64,000 nt of DNA from Amphiscolops sp. MND2022 (lineage: Eukaryota). The stretch covers positions 1,922,001 to 1,986,000 of the forward strand of contig OZ076409.1 of the NCBI GenBank assembly GCA_964187785.1, given 5' to 3'. The notes beneath the pieces were generated by a model. The model was not told the DNA's origin. It did no database searches and worked only from the letters and a program-made list of their open reading frames with translations. The position numbers were made by a program, and so were the translations under genes. Within the stretch, counting starts at the first letter, position 1, and each line of letters starts with the position of its first letter. Below, piece after piece: positions 46,761-59,200 of this stretch.

Positions 46761-47303
46761 GCGACATTTGTTATCAGGCGACAAAAGTTATCAAGCGACA
46801 TTTTTATCATTTTTGAAAAAGCGACATTTGTTATCAAATTGAAAAAGCGACATTTGTTATCAAATCTAAAAAGGCGACATTTGTTATCAAATTGAAAAAG
46901 CGACATTTGTTTTCAAATCTAAAAAGGCGACATGTGTTATAATGAATTCAATAAGCTGAAAACGCGTGTCAGATTTTGTCGGAATTATTATTATAACGTA
47001 GTCAGCTATGTTCACATACCCCTAGTGCCCTAAATGCAGGAGCGAAGCGAAGCGAAGCGCAGCGACGTGCCATATGGCCATGCCTCAATGTTGCTACTTG
47101 GCGAAGGGAGCGAAGCGACCGAGCCATACAACAAATATATAAAAGACAACAGGTATAGTAGACACATTTTGATGAAGAAACCTTTTTAGATTTGATAACA
47201 AATGTCGCTTTTTCAATTTGATAACAAATGTCGCCTGTTTACATTTGATAACAAATGTCGCTTTTTCAAAAATGATAACAAATGTCGTGTGATAACAAAT
47301 GTC
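46761..47303. repeat. Inverted pair of ~21-bp tandem arrays around a GCGAA-repeat core
   Basis: (GCGACATTTGTTATCAAAT..)n at 46761-46937 and (..TTTGATAACAAATGTCGC)n at 47181-47303. Confidence 0.8.
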
Positions 47304-50300
47304 TGTAACAGCAAGCTCTGGTACAGCAATATCAACCGATTTTGCAACTTTGACATGTTCAGAAATTTTGTCAAAAATTCTAATCCGATGTGTGACGTGG
47401 CACTGAGCATGTGATTGCTCTTTTCGCTGTTTCCACGAAATTGGCAGGTACTTCGACAACAAAGAGCAAGAACGAGCAAAAACACGGGCGCGCCGCCATG
47501 ACAGAAGCCAGAGACGGCAAGAACATCCGAAAATAGACTCTTTTTGAGGTGCTAACCCCGGTTTTATCGATTTTCAGCATTATGCTACCCTATGTAGCGG
47601 AAACCGTAAAAATGAGTCTTTTCGCCTAAAGATCCTTGTTTGGTGCTTGGAGCCCCTGCGCCCCAGCTTGTAGCTGTGTGGTTTGCCATATTCGTGCCTG
47701 TTTTCATGTATTTTCAGTGATTTTGGCTGTATTCAGTAGCGCTAGCGCTAGTTTAGATCTTATTCCCCAATTTTAGATCTTATTCACATGTCACTCTGGA
47801 ACTGGAAATTTACCTTATTCTTGGCATTGTTTTTATATGCTAGTTAAGCGGTGGTCTTTAGAGAGCCAGAAAGATGCCCGTTACTATTAGCAATCAAAGA
47901 CTAGGACCGGTTGGACAGTATTCGTCGAAGCACCCGCGGCCCCGGGACGTATTTCACCCCTGGAGGCAAAATGGATCTGTGGCGATGGGCGCCTGTCCCG
48001 AGCGAATCACCCATTCCTGCAGGTTCCTCCACCTCTGTTAACGTGTTAAGCGACCGATAACTGCTTGCCGTTCCAGTCGCTTGATAAATGTCGTTGCACC
48101 GTGAAAAATGATTCCGATTTTAAATTTCAATCTTTAAACTGCAGTGTAAGCTACAATATTTACTACCGAAGCTTACTGAATTTTCTACGTTTCGAAAAAC
48201 ATTTACCCTGCATACAGGCCCATATCCTGTACAAAGATAGATTCAGCGGTCTTTACTAGTCATTACATTATGATCAGATTAAAACCCCAAAAATAGAAAA
48301 ATTTACTAAATATGTAACAAAACTGGATGAAAGCTAAACAAAACGCCCGCTGACCAGCAGGAAATTTTCCACCCCAGTGTTCTGACGATATAGGTTTGAG
48401 GCTCAAGAGTCAATGTATTAGGCAAATGCAATTAAGTTTCATGAAATTAAAGTTTTGAGACCTTTTAATTCATCTTTTCCCAATTTTTGGAATCAGTTTT
48501 AACTTGAAAACACGCTAAGTACCTAATTGTTCTGTTTTTGAACTGAGTCGATACATGTACCTAAAACATACCAAGTTTTAATGGTTTGAACAAAGACACT
48601 ACAGCCTACTGAATACGGGTGTAATAGTTAGTGAATGTTTACTCCATTCTAAGACACCAAATCGCTTGAAAAGTTTACACAAAATTGTAAAAAAAATTGA
48701 ATTTTCGGACTAATCTGTCAGTTTGAGGTTTTCTTCATACCTAATAATGAATGGAGAATTTTTCCTTTGAAAAGCGTACTAATTAGCCAATTGTTACGAT
48801 CGGAATCTATGTCCAAAAATGAAACTTTCTTCTGAAAACAACGCATAGAGAGAGCTACATATTTCAACACTGAGCCTATGATTTTTCTAATTGAAGGCAA
48901 CTTCCGAAAATTGTCCGAAATTGGGATTAGGCTTTCAAAAACAGGGAATTTTCGGAAATTTTTTACTCTTTCCGTCAATTTCGAGAAACTTATCCTTCTT
49001 TCCTAAAGAGGATCTTTGAATAGCGTACTGTTATAACCTTCAGGTCAACGGAATTCTTATTCTCCAAAAATTTCTTGAATTGAACAAACATTGGTCCTGC
49101 CAATTTGTCGAAAATGGGCATTTTTTGTACTTTTTGTTTTGGGGTATTTTTGAGGCATATTCTCAAAACAATTACAGCGATGTTTTCAAAACCCCTCCTG
49201 GATACCAGGTTTGGTGGTTGTTGGTATGAAGGTATACGTATATTATTTTGCTGCTTTTTCCAATTCCCATCCCCTAATGAAAAATTTTTAATGAAATATA
49301 CTAAAAAATAATTTGGCTTGTCATCTCGTCCTGTTGAAGCCACCAGCAACTATTCCAAAACTTTTTCAACTTGCCAAATTGATTCAAAGGGTCTTTACTT
49401 TCATATTTTGCAAACGTTTTTGAATCATAACTTTATAAAGAGGTTTTTGGACATACATTTTCTGGAATGAAAATATTGGGACGGACTAGTCAAATTCTTT
49501 TCAGAAGACGTCATTTTCATTTTTGAAGTCACCTCACTCACGAAACTTTTGAGATATGCAGAATCCAGTCAGAATCAGCCGGCAATGAAGCCCAAAAGAG
49601 ACCCCTGTTTTGGTTCTCAGTATTCTTCAATATTTACTTCCAAGAATTGATTAGCCAAGAAATGATCAGACAAGTTGAAGATCAGGAAATTGTTGCCGAA
49701 AAAAAAGTTGCCAAACTGCTTTGTATTCTGCAAGAAAATTCTTTTCTTTACAAGAATCTTGCTAGGAATTTTTATCCTGGCAAGATTCTTGGGTTTTATC
49801 CTATACCCCAAACTTTTTAAAGAATAGGCAAAATAGTGTGAACAAAGTTTGTATCTCTGGAAATTATAAACTGTCACTCTGGAAATACATTTAAAATAGC
49901 AGGATTCTCGTTTGTATTCAAATACTTTTGTTACTATAACTAATAGCAAAAACATCTTGAAAAGTGTGGGGGAAAAGGAAAAAGTTCTGATTCTTGCAAG
50001 ATGTCTGGCAGAATGTCTTGCAAGGTCTTAAGACGAGTTTGAAACTATGAATAAAATTCAAAATTCCCTTTTAATCAACCGCGTGATTTATTAAGTGAAT
50101 TTTTCCAATTTTTTCAAAGCCTCTCAAGACGTTACGTATCGGAAACAAATTAGCATGACTGATTACGAGTTAGCAGTCATGAGGTTGCCTTTTCAGTTTT
50201 TCGTCGTTGTGAGTTTGGTTGCTCTTGATCTGCGCTTCGTGTCTAGAAGTTAGCTGTGTGTTTGAGAGTTTCGCAAGCAGGAAAGGTTAGTATGTATAGT

Positions 50301-51345
50301 AGCAATGTATAGATGACCTCGTTTTTGGTCAGCGCTTCATGAAGTGAAACGCGACTATCCTTGTGGCTTTTTTGAATCCATACGAACTGGCAAAAATAGT
50401 TCTTAAAAGTTCTACAAAATTTTATGGTCCCAAATTGAATCATTTGGTCTAGCGAACTGAACCAAAAAGGTTTTTCCTGTTTTTTCGCGTAACATACAAT
50501 ACCGGGAGAGACTAAAGAGACTTTTTTTCGAAAAAAAAATCGCCAAAGGGTTCCGCTTCAAGTTTTTGATGTTTTGCAACAATGTTTAAAAATCTGAAAG
50601 GGTCCAGTTCGGTGGTTTGGGTTTTTCGAAAGTGTTTTGGAACTCTTTTGTGAGTTTGATGCTTTGAGTTTTTTTGACACTTTGATGTCCCTTTGCTATT
50701 TTCGAGCCTTAGATATGGCGCCGACCCATGCCGTTCCCGGCTTGTTACGGCTTCTATATTGAAATGAGAAGTGTTGGTATTTCAAATAGTTCAATTAATA
50801 TCAGTTTAATATCTGGTTATTTTCACTTCATAAAAGCACTTTAGTCCAATGTCTTTTTAAGTGTGTTTCAATTGCTTCAAGCCCCGAATAGGTGACTAAA
50901 ATCCTCTTAAAGTATTCTCTAATATTATCAACATCAGCATATAATCATTCAATTCATCTGAGAATGCTTCACAATTCTAAGATATTCAACAAAGATAAAT
51001 TGCTTTTTGTGTGTAAATATGCCGCCAATCTTGGCACGAATCTTTGCGTCCAGAATAATCCTGCATTTTTAGGATTACTTAAAATATTCTTTCATTTTCT
51101 TCGCGGTCAGTCAACTTTTATCATCTTGGGTGTCATCAATCTTTCATTCGAATCAATTTACGATTATTAGTTGATTATTCAGTCGTTGATTTTCGGTGCA
51201 GCTCTGTAGAGTATTTTGGAAAGTGTGAGCACTGAAACTTCGTGAGCGGGTAGCGGGTCCAAATCTGTCGGCAATCGTCAATCAATCACAAACTGACAAT
51301 TCTACACATGTGGCTTCTGAAACACAGAAATCTAGATTCTGAATA

Positions 51346-51671
51346 CTAGGTGAACCAAAAAAACGAAACGGACAAAAAATTTTATGCTCTCAAAATATTT
51401 GTCAACCAAATGTTTCAAAACAACTTTGAACGCTAAAATTCAGCTTGTCAATCGTTTGACAATTTGACAACATTGCCTTCACACATCAGAAGTGCGAACA
51501 AAGTGACGGGTAAAGAGGTCTAGATTTTCTTTAAAACTTGCTCAGTTGAAGATAAAAGCTTCGTTTTGAATGCTCGACCGAAAGTGAATGCTTAACAGCG
51601 AATTGTTTACAAATATTACTATTTTTTAACACCGAAATTTTTGTGCGTTCCGTTTTTTTTGGTTCACCTAG
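51346..51671. mobile_element. MITE with CTAGGTGAACC TIR
   Basis: Perfect TIR CTAGGTGAACCAAAAAAACG with TA flanks. Confidence 0.75.
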
Positions 51672-52367
51672 TAGAGTAAGGGGCTTCATTTCGGAACAAG
51701 CAAATACCAAAACAATAAATGTTGGGTTCGCTTCTGTTTCCACTTTCTAAATTTCTGAAAATGAATTTAACTGTTGAGATCATTCCTTTTCCCCACGCTT
51801 TTTTGGTGCTCCAAAAAATGATACCAGAACTTTTTGTCAATTGAAGTTATTCAGACAACACAAAATCAGATCGCCGCTCATTTCAATCAAACTTGTTCAG
51901 GCAAGTTGATGAATTTGCCTTTCCTCTGATTTTGTTCAAATCACTTCCGGTTTAAAAAAATGAATTTTCCAAACTGTACGTTCAAATGGATGAAAAAAGA
52001 ACGGGGAACTCAGAACATTGATTGACAGTTCCTTGTATGAATTCACATGGAGACAGACAATAGAACAGATTTATTCGAGGAAATTTTGAAAGATTTTGTT
52101 AAATGTCGTCGTTTGTTTTTTGTTTTCATTTGTCAAAATTGCCCGCTAATTAGGCCGTGAACATGCGTGACAGAAGAGCCGCACCAGTTCACAAACCAAC
52201 AGCAACTTTGCAAAACTTTTTAAAACTCAAGCAGTGACTAACGACCAGACACTCACAACCAGTGGTGAAGTGAGTTATCCGAACTATATTGAAGCCGAAC
52301 GTGGAATTTAAACCAGAGTCTCATCTTCCGTAAAGGAGTCGGAAACGTATTGAAATATTGAAAATCT

Positions 52368-52789
52368 GGCTCTTTTCTGTTTTCCCCCCACCACCAGAAA
52401 ATTTTTTGAAAAATTAGTGAAAATCTAATAACAAAAAGACTTGAATACAAATCAGAAAACTTCAAATTTACATTTATTCTTAGTGTGACAATTTAGGATT
52501 CAGATACAAACTTTGTTCACATTTTTTCAATATGTAGTCACGCATTTTTGATGAAGAAATCAACAGCTTCCTGTTTTGAGTAATCAATAAACACTTAATG
52601 CGAACATAATTATAGCCAAAAAGCGTGAACAATGTTTTGTTCAAGCAAAAAACTAATCCATTAGACGTTCCAATAGACGTTATCTTCCCATTATGAAAGA
52701 AGGTTTTACTTTTAATTAGGGTAGTCTAAAGTTTTTGAAGAAATTTACTTCCAAAAATTTTGGTGGTGGGGGGAAAACAGAAAAGAGCC
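52368..52789 (+). mobile_element. Intact Merlin-like MITE
   Basis: TIR GGCTCTTTTCTGTTTTCCCCC and perfect 8-bp TSD GAAAATCT. GG termini with an 8-bp TSD fit Merlin; hAT is not excluded. Confidence 0.8.
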
Positions 52790-53199
52790 GAAAATCTAAT
52801 TTCGTACTTTCATATTTGGACTAATTTTTGTCAGATCCCTGCCATACGATCTTGTTGTCATTGCACATATAGGACCCTGATATGGTGTTGAATGACTGTG
52901 CTAAATTTTTTAAAAAAGTTGTATGAACAGCTTTTGAAATATCTGAAATTCTCATTGAAAGGTCGGGAGCAAAAAGGTCCGGATTAATATTCACATAATT
53001 AACATCGAATAATTATGATTAATAGCAAAATGACCCTAGTAACAAACGTCCTGTAACCCCCAGGTGGCGAAGGGGAAAGAGCCGAACTGCACAGAAAACA
53101 GTAACTTAAGTATAGAGGGATTCAGAAATGAAGTTTACAGGGACACACCAAAACCAGCAGTTGAAGTCAACGGATTCGAGGTATATCGAGCTGCTTTTT

Positions 53200-53933
53200 A
53201 GGAGTCGGAAAAATCTTTCGAGTACTAATGCAATCGTTTTTTTCTCCCGACCTTTCATGAAAATTTCATCTACACTCGCCGGCAAAAGTAATGTCGCTGT
53301 AGGTTTAGCAACAGTCTCAGTTATTTTTTGAATAAAACAGGAAGTAAAATTTTGAAACCGGATATGAACAAATTTCACATACAATTTTTTCACAGAAAAT
53401 ATTATTTCATGCAAAAATTTTCCACGTTTAACTATTTCCAAACGTAACCAAATTATTGGAATGTTAAATTCTAACGTTAAGTTTTCCATTATTTCTTCTA
53501 TTTTTAATTGTTCTGTTAAAACAATTCGCCGTATCAAGTCGAAATACGATCAACATGGGGATCTGTTGAAGATCTTCCACGATCTTTTTGTTTTTTTTTC
53601 TCCCGACCTTTTCATGAAAATTTCAAGTTTCTCAAAAGCTGTTCATACGATTTTCATAAAATTTTGCACAGTCATTCTATACCCAAAGGAGCCCCTGCAT
53701 GCGCAAAGGCATCAAAGTCGTATGACTGGAACGTGAGAAACATAGCCCAATGTAGCCCAAAAATGGCCAAAAAACAGCCATTTTTCGACTTTTTTTGAAT
53801 TTCGCACGGTCATTTTCTACACCATAATATGGTCCTATGTGTGCAATTTCAATAAATTCGTATGACTGGGATTCGAGCGAGTCAGAAGGAAAAAGACCTG
53901 AGCCGACTCCTTTACCGCATATGCGGCTCTGGT
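53200..53933 (+). mobile_element. Helentron/HINE-like repeat, family B, second copy with an internal insertion
   Basis: Same ends as 3730-4587. Confidence 0.55.
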
Positions 53934-54557
53934 TTCTGTTCCTTTCACTAACTTCACTTCCCCACTTTGAAAAATTTTCCTCAAAAAAAACAGGTGTTGA
54001 GGGAGGAACAGAAAAGAACCGCAAACCACCCCGTAGCAAACGTCCCCAGGTATTGCCATCAGAAATTATTCCTTTTCCCCACGCTTTTCTAGATGATATT
54101 GTTTCAGCAATTAATTTCCTCGCAATTAAGTTTCCAATGAAACATTTCACGTAACTTCAAAATACTATTTTAATATTGAAAAGTCGTTTTAAAAACTTGT
54201 TCAGCCCACTTCCGGTTTTATTCTGATTCGCAAAAATGAATTTCGCAAAATTGTATGTGAGCGTTGAACGAAAAAAATGAAGCTATCAATTTTCTTCAGG
54301 ATCGTAATCTTTTGTTTAAAACTTGAAATTGTTTCTATTGTAATATTGAAATGACTCTTGACCTCTACTAGATGGCTAGGTTTTTTTCCTTACCCACCCC
54401 CCTCACGCGCACACTTTCAAAGAAAGTCAAACATTAGAATTATATTTGTCTTCTTGTTCTCCAAATCAAGAGTATTTCAATGACTAGTAGCTAACTCAAG
54501 ATCCCAGGTGTATCTAACTAACCTTAGATGGTGTTGGGGGGAGGGGGTATGGCTGGG

Positions 54558-54941
54558 CTATTGAGCTTGCATGGTGATGCTGATCTTGACGGCTAGCAAG
54601 GCCATGATGGCGACGAAGAACGAGTTGGCCGAGAGACCCAGGTCATAGTCTGCCCTCTCTGAACTCTCGTCCTCGGCCGGACTCTCGGATCCCTCGCCTT
54701 CGTCTTCTGGGGCGTCGGCCGGCGGAGCCCCTCCCGTGGTCGCCTTCGCATCTTTTGCTCCTTGTTCGGCACCTTCCTCCTTTTCATCGTCTTTTCCTTT
54801 TCCTTCGCCTTTTTTGTCACCCTTTTTGTCCGCATCTTTATCGCCATCTTCATCCGGCCGAACGTTGCTGATGAAAACGGCAGCGACCAGCAACAAGGAA
54901 ATCAACAGCCAGTAGTTGCTCGAATCTGGAACAAATTGCAT
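54558..54941 (-). CDS. Small secreted, possibly GPI-anchored, D/E/K/G-rich protein (127 aa)
   Basis: GC-rich single ORF with an N-terminal hydrophobic signal (YWLLISLLLVAAVFI), a charged low-complexity core and a C-terminal hydrophobic tail (FFVAIMALLAV). Confidence 0.7.
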   Translation of the reverse strand: MQFVPDSSNYWLLISLLLVAAVFISNVRPDEDGDKDADKKGDKKGEGKGKDDEKEEGAEQGAKDAKATTGGAPPADAPEDEGEGSESPAEDESSERADYDLGLSANSFFVAIMALLAVKISITMQAQ

Positions 54942-55723
54942 TCCAGACTCAAAACTGCAAAAACAAAAAAAGTTGCAACTCAAAATTGTCACTTCCAATA
55001 TCATTGAATTCACTCGTGCTTCAAAGACTCATTCAAAGACTACTACTCACCAATAACTAAGCGGCCCAATCGTGATATTGTTGAAAAAAGAAATGCAAAA
55101 TCACATCCTTGAAAAAGAAAAGAGTGAACAAGGTGTGAACTCGTAATTGATTTTTGAAAAAGTTTGACAAAAAGGTAGAATTTTTTTATTGATAAATCAC
55201 CATACAGTAATCCAGTCCTTTGATTCTGCAAAATATTTCAGCATTACTAATCACTAAGATAATTGCCCTATATTGATATATGAAATTTGAAATCCCAAAA
55301 AATTGAAATAATGATCTGAGAGATTTGCTGATGACAGTGATTCGACACAACATGCGGAAGATGTTTGGGATGTTTCGAACCCATCCTATATGAGCAATAA
55401 CTCAAGAAGAAGATGTAAATGGGTAATCAATTTGTGATAACGCTGGATGCTGGGTCTTCATCAGAGTGGTGACAAAATTTTAGCATATAGCTTTAGACAT
55501 GTTGTTCACAAAACTCCAGTCAGTTAATAATGAATATCTTCCTCGGTTTTTCAATGAAATACCAAAAGCCGATGGTTCCAACTTTACCCCTAAGACACTT
55601 CATCAAATATTATTGAACATGCAGCTATTGGTAAAAAAACATGAATCTGCTATTCAATTTGCTAACAGATGAAGAATTTTGAGGAAACACGAAGGTTCCT
55701 GGAAAATCGGATGAAAACGTTAA

Positions 55724-56119
55724 GGCTCTTTCCTGTTTTCCACCCCCCAGAATTTTTTTGAAAATCAATGAAAATCTTATATTAAAAAGACTTGACTACC
55801 AACCAGCTGCAATTTGAAATTAATCTCATTGTGACGGTTTAGGATTCAAATACAAACTTTGTTCACTCTTTTTCCGTATGTAGTCACGCTTTTTTGATGA
55901 AAAAAGCAACAGCACCCTGTTTCGAGTCATCAATAAACACTTAATATGAACATAATTATAATCAAATGCGTGAACAACGTTTTGTTCAAACAAAAAACTG
56001 TTCCAATAGGCGTTAACTTCCCGTTATGAAAAAAAGGTTTACTTTTGATTGGGCTAGTCTAAAATATTTAAGGAAACTTCTTTCAAAAAAAAGTTTCTGG
56101 GGGGGGGCAGAAACGAGCC
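55724..56119 (+). mobile_element. Diverged Merlin-like MITE
   Basis: Colinear with 52368-52789. Confidence 0.65.
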
Positions 56120-56256
56120 AACAATAAAAGCAAATGGATATCAATCAATTACCGGGCCGCAATAAGAACCGATGAAATGGAGAAATACCTGTGGAACAGT
56201 TGGATTCTAGACTCAAATATTCCCAAACAGTTGTTGTGGACAGCTTAATACAATAC

Positions 56257-59200
56257 TGTGGTAGAGCACATGCTAAAGAGAAAACAATTGTGAGAAAATA
56301 ATTAATTAACACAATTGACAAAAAATAACAACCTGCCAAATAATGTGAAAGTGGCAAAAGCAGACATATTGCCACATGTGTCAATAGCGTCAGATAATAC
56401 AGTCTTCACACATTCAGTCTTTCTATTCTTACTGTCAGTCGAGATCGTAGTCGTTAACATGGCGCTGCGAGCTGAAGACGAAAACTCCAATTCACCCCTT
56501 CCTGGACTGAATTACTTCTGGCAAGACGCAGAAAAACCCCCCGGATACGAGTGGGAACAATGGATTCAACTCTTCGAGGTTGCAACGTTGGCCAGACACT
56601 CAATTTCAGTATCTGAAGTGCTAAGGGAGGCAGACCAACAGAATCCACGAGCAGCAGCATTGATGGGAAATCTGGAGGAGATTCCTGCAAAAAGGAAAAT
56701 TGTAAGTTTACTGTACATTTCAATCGGAAAGAACGGAAGAAAAATGTTAATGGATAAATTCCCAACCATTAATATTTTGCTAATCGAACTTCGAGAACTA
56801 ATGCAGAACTGTAACGAGTGTTTCCAAATACGGCGGAACCGTACTTTAGATCGTCACGTATTCCTTTCCCGAAAGCAAAAACCATCGGAGTCGCTAAACC
56901 AGTTTTGGAACGCATTAAATGGCCTTGCGGCTAAATGCAACTTTGGCGACCAAACAGAGAGCTTAGTACATGATATTCTCGTACTAAATATGGCAAATAA
57001 ACAAGTGCAGGAGAAATTGTGCACTGAACCGAAGGAGACCCCAGCCGAAGCCTTACAATTCGCTATCGCTTTCGAAGACGGACTAAAGCGTCAAAAATCC
57101 TATGGCTACATTAATCAAGAAAGTAAAATAAAAGAAGAACCCGTCTGTGCAGTCGGCACGAGCAATTCGAGAGAATGCTGGAGGTGCGGAGCCGGAAATT
57201 TCACCCTTGATCACATCAAACGCTGTAAAGCCACAGAGGCTATGTGCAACTACTGCGGACGCAAAGGCCATTTAGAGCGTGTATGCAACCAAAAGAGAAA
57301 AGACGCTTACCAGAAAAATGGCAATTCTAAAGTAAGTGGCAGAAGAGTGCAGTTAGTCGAGCAGGACAATTCGGATTGTGAAGAAGATGAAGACTACATG
57401 GTGCTGAATGTGGAAGGCGGAAACAATGACTCAAAGCCATTCTATATGAAGGGATTCATCAATGGCAACCACTTCAAAGCCATGATAGACACGGGATCTC
57501 CTGTAACCATCTTTGCACTAGATGAGATAAAGCGAATCATGAAGAGGGAAAAGCTGCCAGTACGGCCGATGATTGAAGGCGAGCGTTACGTGGACTTTAA
57601 TGGAAAACCACTCCAACTACTGGGATATGTCTTCTGTGAATTGCAAGTGAATGATAGCTATATCCGAAAAGCCAGAATTCTAATTGCCCGAAGCGGATCA
57701 AAATCAATAATCGGCAGAGAATGGCTAACAACACTACGGTACAAGCTGGAACCAGAAAAGGGTGAGTTGGAAGTAAATTCAATAGAAAAAGAAAATGAAC
57801 TAAGTCCAGAAACCAAGCAACTAGTTAACGAATTTCCGAAATTATTCATAAGGCAAGGAAAAGTGAATAATTATCAAATAAAAATTAACTTGAAACCAGA
57901 ATCGAAAGTAACTCAACAAAAGGGAAGAAGAATTCCAATTCAGCTGCAAAAAGCGGTGGACGACGAGATTAAAAGATTGCTAAAAGAAGGCCATATCGAG
58001 AAAATTGACGAAATTAAAGATAACGTCTTTATCCAACCGACTGTAATTACAGTAAAGAAAGATCGTTCAGTAAAAATTGCGTTAGACGCACGCGCATTGA
58101 ATCAGGCAATCGATAAAGATAAATATCAAATGCCAAATCTAGATAATTTACTAGATATGGTCGCAGAAAAACTGGACACGGTTGAAGGCGAAGCATGGTT
58201 CTCGTCGGTAGATATGACGTACGCTTATGGCCAAATTCCTTTACACCAATTAACAGCGAAACAATGTAATTTTCGAATTATCGGTGGGGAATCCACCGGA
58301 ACGTACAGATTTGTTACGGGTTTTTATGGTCTGTCGGTTATGCCAACAGAATTTCAAAAAGTAATGGATAATTTATTAGCTAAATTTAGAGAAGTGTTTG
58401 TATTTATAGATGATATTTTAATTGTAACTAAGGGAACAAAGCAGAACCATTTAGACAAAGTGCGGGAAATTATGAAAACGCTGGATGAAGCAAAATTACA
58501 ATTAAAGGCGGGAAAATGCAAAATAGCAAAACAAGAAATTGAGTGGCTAGGCTTCAAAATGACAAGTCAAGGAATTTCGCCAGTAAACTCAAAAGTGCAA
58601 GGCATAACAGAAAAACTACGGCCGACAAATTTGAAAGAATTGCGATCATTCCTTGGCGCAGTAAATCAATTCAATAAATTTATACCGGACCTTGCGTCAA
58701 TTTGCTTCCCATTTAGATCTATACTAAAGAAAGACGCAAATTGGAATTGGTCAGAAGATCATGAAAAGACATTTAAAAAAGTAAACGAAGAAGTGAAAAA
58801 AGTAGCAGAATTAACGCATTTCAAAAGAAATAAGCCACTGAGAATCATATGCGATGCGAGTAAACAAGGTCTAGGGGCCGTGTTACAGCAATGTGAAGAA
58901 AACACATGGAAACCGATTGCATACGCTTCGAGATTTTTATCAGAATTAGAGTCCAAATATTCGATTAATGAATTAGAACTATTGGCGGTAGTGTGGTCAA
59001 TAGAACATTTTAAAAATTACGTGTACGGAGTCGCATTCGGAATAGTCTCAGACCACAAAGCTTTGCAAAGCGTCCTTAGACCAAATAAAGGTAACAAAAC
59101 CTTTTCAAGTCGGTTAACTAGGTGGGTGGATAGATTGTTGCCATTCGAATTTCACATTGTACATACACCGGGAAGAACATTGGGAATGGCGGACTATCTG

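Noticed and set aside
45780..51200. Coding-like patches on the - strand (about 45850-46075, 47900-48030, 49040-49100, 49550-49640, 51000-51070)
   Set aside because: They may be exons of another gene, but I could not build a phase-consistent model or recognise a domain.
56315..56458. Upstream extension of the gag-pol ORF from a TTG in the LTR (also ORF 61463-61780)
   Set aside because: No ATG before 56459; treated as LTR sequence.
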